DNA of 62,776 bases, counting the filler, from Sphacelaria rigidula (lineage: Eukaryota), in NCBI GenBank assembly GCA_964200075.2. It is 10 parts of 10 records of this genome, joined end to end, with 100 filler letters (N's around TTAATTAATTAA, not from the genome) between each part and the next. Parts side by side here need not be neighbours in the genome. Positions count along the whole stretch, not along the records: positions 56,590 to 62,776 come from CAXNAA020021647.1; 9 more parts are not named here. One strand, 5' to 3'. Every line of letters begins with the position of its first letter. Position 1 is the stretch's first letter. Positions 57,929 through 62,776 of this stretch are shown piece by piece. The notes under the pieces are model-generated. The model saw nothing but the letters and a program-made list of their open reading frames with translations. It was not told the origin of the DNA and did no database searches. The position numbers and the translations under genes were made by a program.

Positions 57929-60038
57929 TTAACGCCGATCCGACCTTTGCCAACACACACTTTCCCTATGGCACCCTCCGTGCCCCTACTTGCTCGATGA
58001 TGCGCCGGCTGATCGCGTAACGCTCGGATTGGATTCAGGTTACGTGGTATGAGTTTCGGCGTGCTAACAAGTCCATGTCAACCGTGAAATATAGACTGAT
58101 TCTAAATCAGCATTAAAAGGGGGTCACGTCTCGCCATCACATCACAATGTTGATGTTGATATTACATCCGAAGAGGGTTGTTTGTCATCATGAGCACGGA
58201 CAAAGCCGATCTGTCTAGTTTCGGAATAATTTCAGGCACCCACCCCGTTCCCTACTCGTCATATGTGCAAACTGTATTTACACAAGGAGAGGAAAAAAAA
58301 AAAAAGCAGCAGAGTACATGTATCCAACTAGGCCTCTTCACTGTCGGACCAACAACCTGGGTTGTGATCAAGATCAGCGGTTGTACCGTTCAACGTGCCA
58401 CTCGCAAAATAGTTGCTCGCTGCCGGACCAACTACAGTACTCCGAGATGTGGTCCAACGCTCGCTGTTTTACGCTCTACAATGCACGACCGACCAACCAG
58501 AGCGCCTAAATTTCATCCATATACTACTGGCCATGTATACCGCACGGTGGAGCCAATACAGTCAGCAGTCAGCACTGAAAGACTGTCGAAAAAATACTCC
58601 TCGGCGAAGAGGACGTGTAGAGAACGCCAATCACCATCTGCACCCGGAAACGGATCGATCCCCGCTTGCTCCTCTCAAGATATTTTATCGGAAATCTGAA
58701 ATCTGTGACATGATGGAAACGATCCCATGATCCTTCGCGTGGGGTTGAATCAATGGAAGGATGAGTGCATTATGCACCTTGTACTTCATATTAAAGATCA
58801 GTCCCTCATCTGTCTGCGGAACGAGAAGAAATCATTGAAAAAAATCATGTCATGCGAAAGACAACAGCCGGACCGCCAAAACACGATGTCGCGAGAACGG
58901 GCAACATATTACGGATGCACAGACAACCTGATGCCTACCACTACTGTACATGCTACACGGAGATTTTACAAACCGCCGCAACCTTACCCGACAATGATCC
59001 AACACTGCCTGTACTGCCTTCGTTTGTTTTTTGTCCGGGTTGCTGAACACCATGTAGGAAGTGGAGTCACGTCAAACGAACGCCAAAGTTGTCCTGAATC
59101 CAATCAACGCCCTGCATCCCCGTGCCACACTCGGAAAGCCTGGAGAGAAAACCAAAGTCAGCATGCTTCACACGAGTCCAGCGGTATTCGAAACACGTGA
59201 CACCGAAAATCAAACTGGACTGTTCACCCTGTGCCCACAAAGATGCCTCATCGAGGCCCCACTGCAAATCAAGCGGAGAGGATTTGTAGCGCGTCTCTTG
59301 TATTTACCGCATTTGCCTTCACCTGGTTGCAAGGTGTTTACCTGAAGTACTCGTGTTCCGCGGCTGCCTCTGCTCTTCCTCCCTCCCTAGCTCTCTACTT
59401 CTCTCGCTAACACTAGACTAATAGATATGTTTCAATATGTGCTTGTATCCGTGTTGACTTTGCTGCAGTGCAACAATGCCGGAGCAGACGTCAGGGCTTG
59501 ATCCTTCCGAAGGAGGAAGGTAGGGCCAAGCCACACAGCACAAACATTATTTTTCGCAATAGAGGTTGGAAAAATAATAATGACACATATCCCAGAATTC
59601 ACCGGGCTTCGAGGCGTTTTCTATGGACGTACGTGAATTTGCATTTGTGTGTCACGATCTGTAGTCTTTTACAATGAATCTAAAATCACTTGGTTTGGGT
59701 ATAATACATGACTATGCCTCGGCATCAGGCGTTCTCATTCGCTTCCTAGGCCACGCAGGCGTTCTCTGTATCCCACCTTCACGTCCCTTTCATTTCCCGC
59801 GGTCGAAAATCCAAATCAACGAGGAACAAGCCTACTGAGGTTTTCCGTTCTCAACCGCCATTGAGATCGCTGTCGAGAAGCGTACTGCTGTAGTGCGCTG
59901 TGCAGCAGGCACTGACGGCCGGGCCCGTGTAGAAAGTGGAGATTCGTTTTTGTTGAGGAGAGGGACAGAAACAGACGTGGAAGTGCTTTTGCTTGGCGGA
60001 GAGCGCAAAATAAAGGAACTGGAGCAGCAGCAGCCGCC

Positions 60039-62060
60039 ATGCCGTGGGTCTGCAACGAGCTGGAGTGCAAGAAGCAGCCGTACTACGCCGAGCCGGGCAT
60101 CAAGAAGCCCCTGTACTGCTTCCTGCACAAGCAGGCCGGGCATGTCGACGTGCGAAACAAGAGGTACGATGGTGCCGAACGTGCCCTCGTGTTTTCCCTC
60201 TCCGCTCACTCGCGAAGCACGTTTTACCCCTATCTGTCGGTCCTGTCCTATCTGCAGTAGTATGTTTACTCTGGTACTGGTGTAGTGAAACACCATGTGC
60301 AACATGTTGGCAGAATAGACTAGAAATACGAATCAATGAAGACGTGAACATGCGGCCGATAGGACGATACAGTGCTCGGAAGAGTTGACTTCCAATACTG
60401 CACGAGTCATGCGTCCACTTTCTTGGGATCTCTTCAAATTGTTTGTATTCCACGTACAATACAGAGTGTCGAGGGCTTTATAGCCAAAACGGTGGATATC
60501 ACCCCTACGTTCACGGTAGAAATCACCCCTGGGAATGACTGTTTCTTCGTCCCCTGCGCCACCATGCACCCCCCGCCGAAATATCTAATGATGTCTTCAA
60601 TTTAATTCACTGCATGCTGTGCTGTAACGTTATGAAGGTGCGAAGTCGAGCACTGCGATATAAGGCCTCACTACGGGTACGACGGCGAGGCTCCTCGCTT
60701 CTGTGCACAACACCGCGCGGAGGGTATGCACAACCTAAGGAGTAGACGCTGCCAGGTGTGTACCATATATCCGTGTATGCATGTGAGTGTGCGATAAATC
60801 CACGGAACTCTCTCACCCCTCGGTTCGTGATGTTGTACGGGTCCACGCGGACAGTTACAACAAGCTTTGCACACGTATAGAACCGGTTCGCTAGCAATAA
60901 CCGCGTGCAGGAAGTCAGGAACTTTAGCCAGAACTTCTCAGGGTTGGTTCGAAGTAGGGCCTGAGAAATTGCGGTCGTCAGTCGGGCCTTTACCATTTTC
61001 TACAAACTAGATTTCAGGTGTTGAGATAGTCATTTTTCGAGTGAGGCCCGGGAATACGGTGTGAGCCTGGGACCGAACACTATTCACGAGCCTGTTCTGT
61101 CTTCATACCCACGGGTTTCCGAGTCGCTCAATGCTTACCCTCTTTCCGTTGTCGCCGAGCTGTTTCTACCGCTCAAAGCAGTACATGTCCGTGCTGGGTG
61201 CCGAACGCTCCTCGGCGAAAAACACCGTTTTTTACTCGGATTTGTTCTTCCGTGCGTCTCGGGCGGGGATCGACGCAGCAATCTCCATTAAATTCTCCTT
61301 TGGTACGATTGGTCTCCTAATTGGAGCGCTGGCGGAGACGTCAGGGCAGGGGGGTTTCTCGAGGCCATTCCTCAATCTGGCGTCTGTCAGTGTCATCTGT
61401 TTGCTTCCTCCTCTTTTCCCCCCCGTCTTGTCTCTTTTCTGGATAATTTCCTTTGGCGACCGTTTCTGTTTCCTGTTTAGTTACCCTGGGTACGTCTATC
61501 TTGATGTGACAACGGCTGGACTCATTGCGGGGCTGTGCGACAACCGATCAACCGATCAACCAGTTACTTTGTCGAACGTTTGTTCTGTTGAGTACAGGCC
61601 ACACGCAGATGTGGACCCTGCATTGACCAGTCGAGATGTGTCAGAAACAACATTTTCGTCATCAATCATAGACCCATCTTTCACGAGTGATGTCGTGGGA
61701 ACAAGGCATTGTACGTTATGTCGGCGTTGGGTGGAAGTGCTCGCGGATAAGAGAGGTGCCGTTCAGCTGTAACGTCAAGGTTGTCGCCATTCAAGGGCAG
61801 TCGTCGATATCGCTCTGAAAGGTGGTATCACGTTACCGCAAAAAGTCAATTTCACGGTCACAACATTTTGCATCTTTGCGTCCTGGCCTTTCGCGCCGAC
61901 ACGCCATCTCCGCCGTCGTACATGCTTGCGGCAGAGCGAAGGCTGCGTGAGGTACGCGTCGTGCGGGGATTCTGGGGGCCCTGCCACGTTCTGCGGTGCG
62001 CACAAGGCGGAGGGCATGGTTAACCTCATCGGCCGCCGCTGCGCCGTCGATCACTGCGAG
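60039..62060 (+). CDS. EsV-1-7 cysteine-rich repeat protein, 3'-partial; exons 60039-60163, 60638-60755, 61935-62060
   Basis: Phase-consistent exons encode MPWVCNELECKKQPYYAEPGIKKPLYCFLHKQAGHVDVRNKR / CEVEHCDIRPHYGYDGEAPRFCAQHRAEGMHNLRSRRCQ / SEGCVRYASCGDSGGPATFCGAHKAEGMVNLIGRRCAVDHCE, i.e. tandem C-x4-C...C-x2-H...GM repeats of the EsV-1-7 type. Confidence 0.9.
61100..61561 (+). mobile_element. Probable retroposon 3' end in intron 2 of the EsV-1-7 gene
   Basis: Pyrimidine-rich UTR-like stretch ending in a short tandem tail (CAACCGAT)2CAACC. Confidence 0.35.
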
Positions 62061-62706
62061 GTACTGTGCTGTACTGTGCGGTGGGCGGTGCTGTCTCGTG
62101 AAAAGGACAAATAGCGCAGTTACAACAGTACCGAGTCTCGCGAGGATTGTACTGTATACGGTATATATATATTCATGTTCACGTTTTTTTCCTGTTTTTA
62201 TGAGATCATTGCTCCCACGGAAGACTGGCTGGCCACCGCAGGTACTGCATCGGTGCTCTAGTTGTGGAGTCTGGGGGTGTTGGTGTTGTGTGTAGCACGT
62301 ACAGGGCGATAGTCTTAGAGTTGGTGCATCGTTGGGGGACCGTAATGGCGGAATGCCAGAAACTTGAAGAACGTGCCTTCTGCACCATTTTTTTTTTTCA
62401 TACGTGATAAGGCAAGCGTACCACCGGGGTTGCTCGACCACAAAGCGCACGCGCATCAACGAGCGCGTACCTAGAGGTGCTCATGTAAGGTCACAAGTAT
62501 GGGTACGAGTATTATGGGGTGGTCATACTCCAGGCACCCTGAAATGCTTCGCTGGCCGATACCGTGCGTGCCCTTGAATAATCAGCATCGTCACTCCTGG
62601 GCTACTACAAATGCCCTAAAAAAGAAGCGTACCTGTGGTACAGTACCCCACGGAAACAACACGCACCTGTGGAAGCTACATACCGGAGTGCCTTATGGCA
62701 TCTGTA

Positions 62707-62776
62707 CAGTAGTCAGCGTCAGAAGTATGCAGAATCCGTAATTTCTTAGTTTCTCAAAGATTGTCCAAATTTGTTT
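62707..62776 (+). mobile_element. Terminus of a Tc1/mariner-like element at the contig end
   Basis: TA|CAGTAGTCAGCGTCAGAAGTATGCAGAATCCG, same as 24979-25052. Confidence 0.7.

Noticed and set aside
59800..62776. Integrated phaeovirus (EsV-1-like provirus)
   Set aside because: The EsV-1-7 gene has spliceosomal introns, and no viral core genes or gene-dense region are present

Overview
This window is not one locus. It is ten unrelated contigs of 6188 or 6187 bp, sorted by length and joined by an artificial 100-nt spacer (44N-TTAATTAATTAA-44N). The DNA is eukaryotic, intron-rich and repeat-rich, and almost certainly from a brown alga (Phaeophyceae). The evidence is a spliced mannuronan C-5 epimerase-like gene and a spliced EsV-1-7 repeat gene. 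I could reconstruct these gene pieces with phase-consistent GT-AG splicing: a family-1 UDP-glycosyltransferase (contig 4), a mannuronan C-5 epimerase-like gene (contig 5), an EsV-1-7 repeat protein (contig 10), a probable myosin N-terminal exon (contig 7) and three unknown spliced genes. Most of the rest is transposon-derived: a decayed Ty1/Copia element, an RTE-like LINE 3' end, MITEs with TA, 8-bp or TTAA target sites (several fold-back), and tRNA-derived SINEs. The most interesting signal is two tRNA-headed SINE families that share a central core but carry different 3' tails, like the CORE-type SINE superfamilies of animals. One of those tails also ends an unrelated element, a candidate partner LINE. 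A separate tRNA-like Pol III cassette sits inside a larger dispersed repeat. Most ORFs in the supplied track are spurious. I found no CRISPR array, rRNA or intact tRNA gene. All alignments were made by eye, and novelty cannot be confirmed without database searches.
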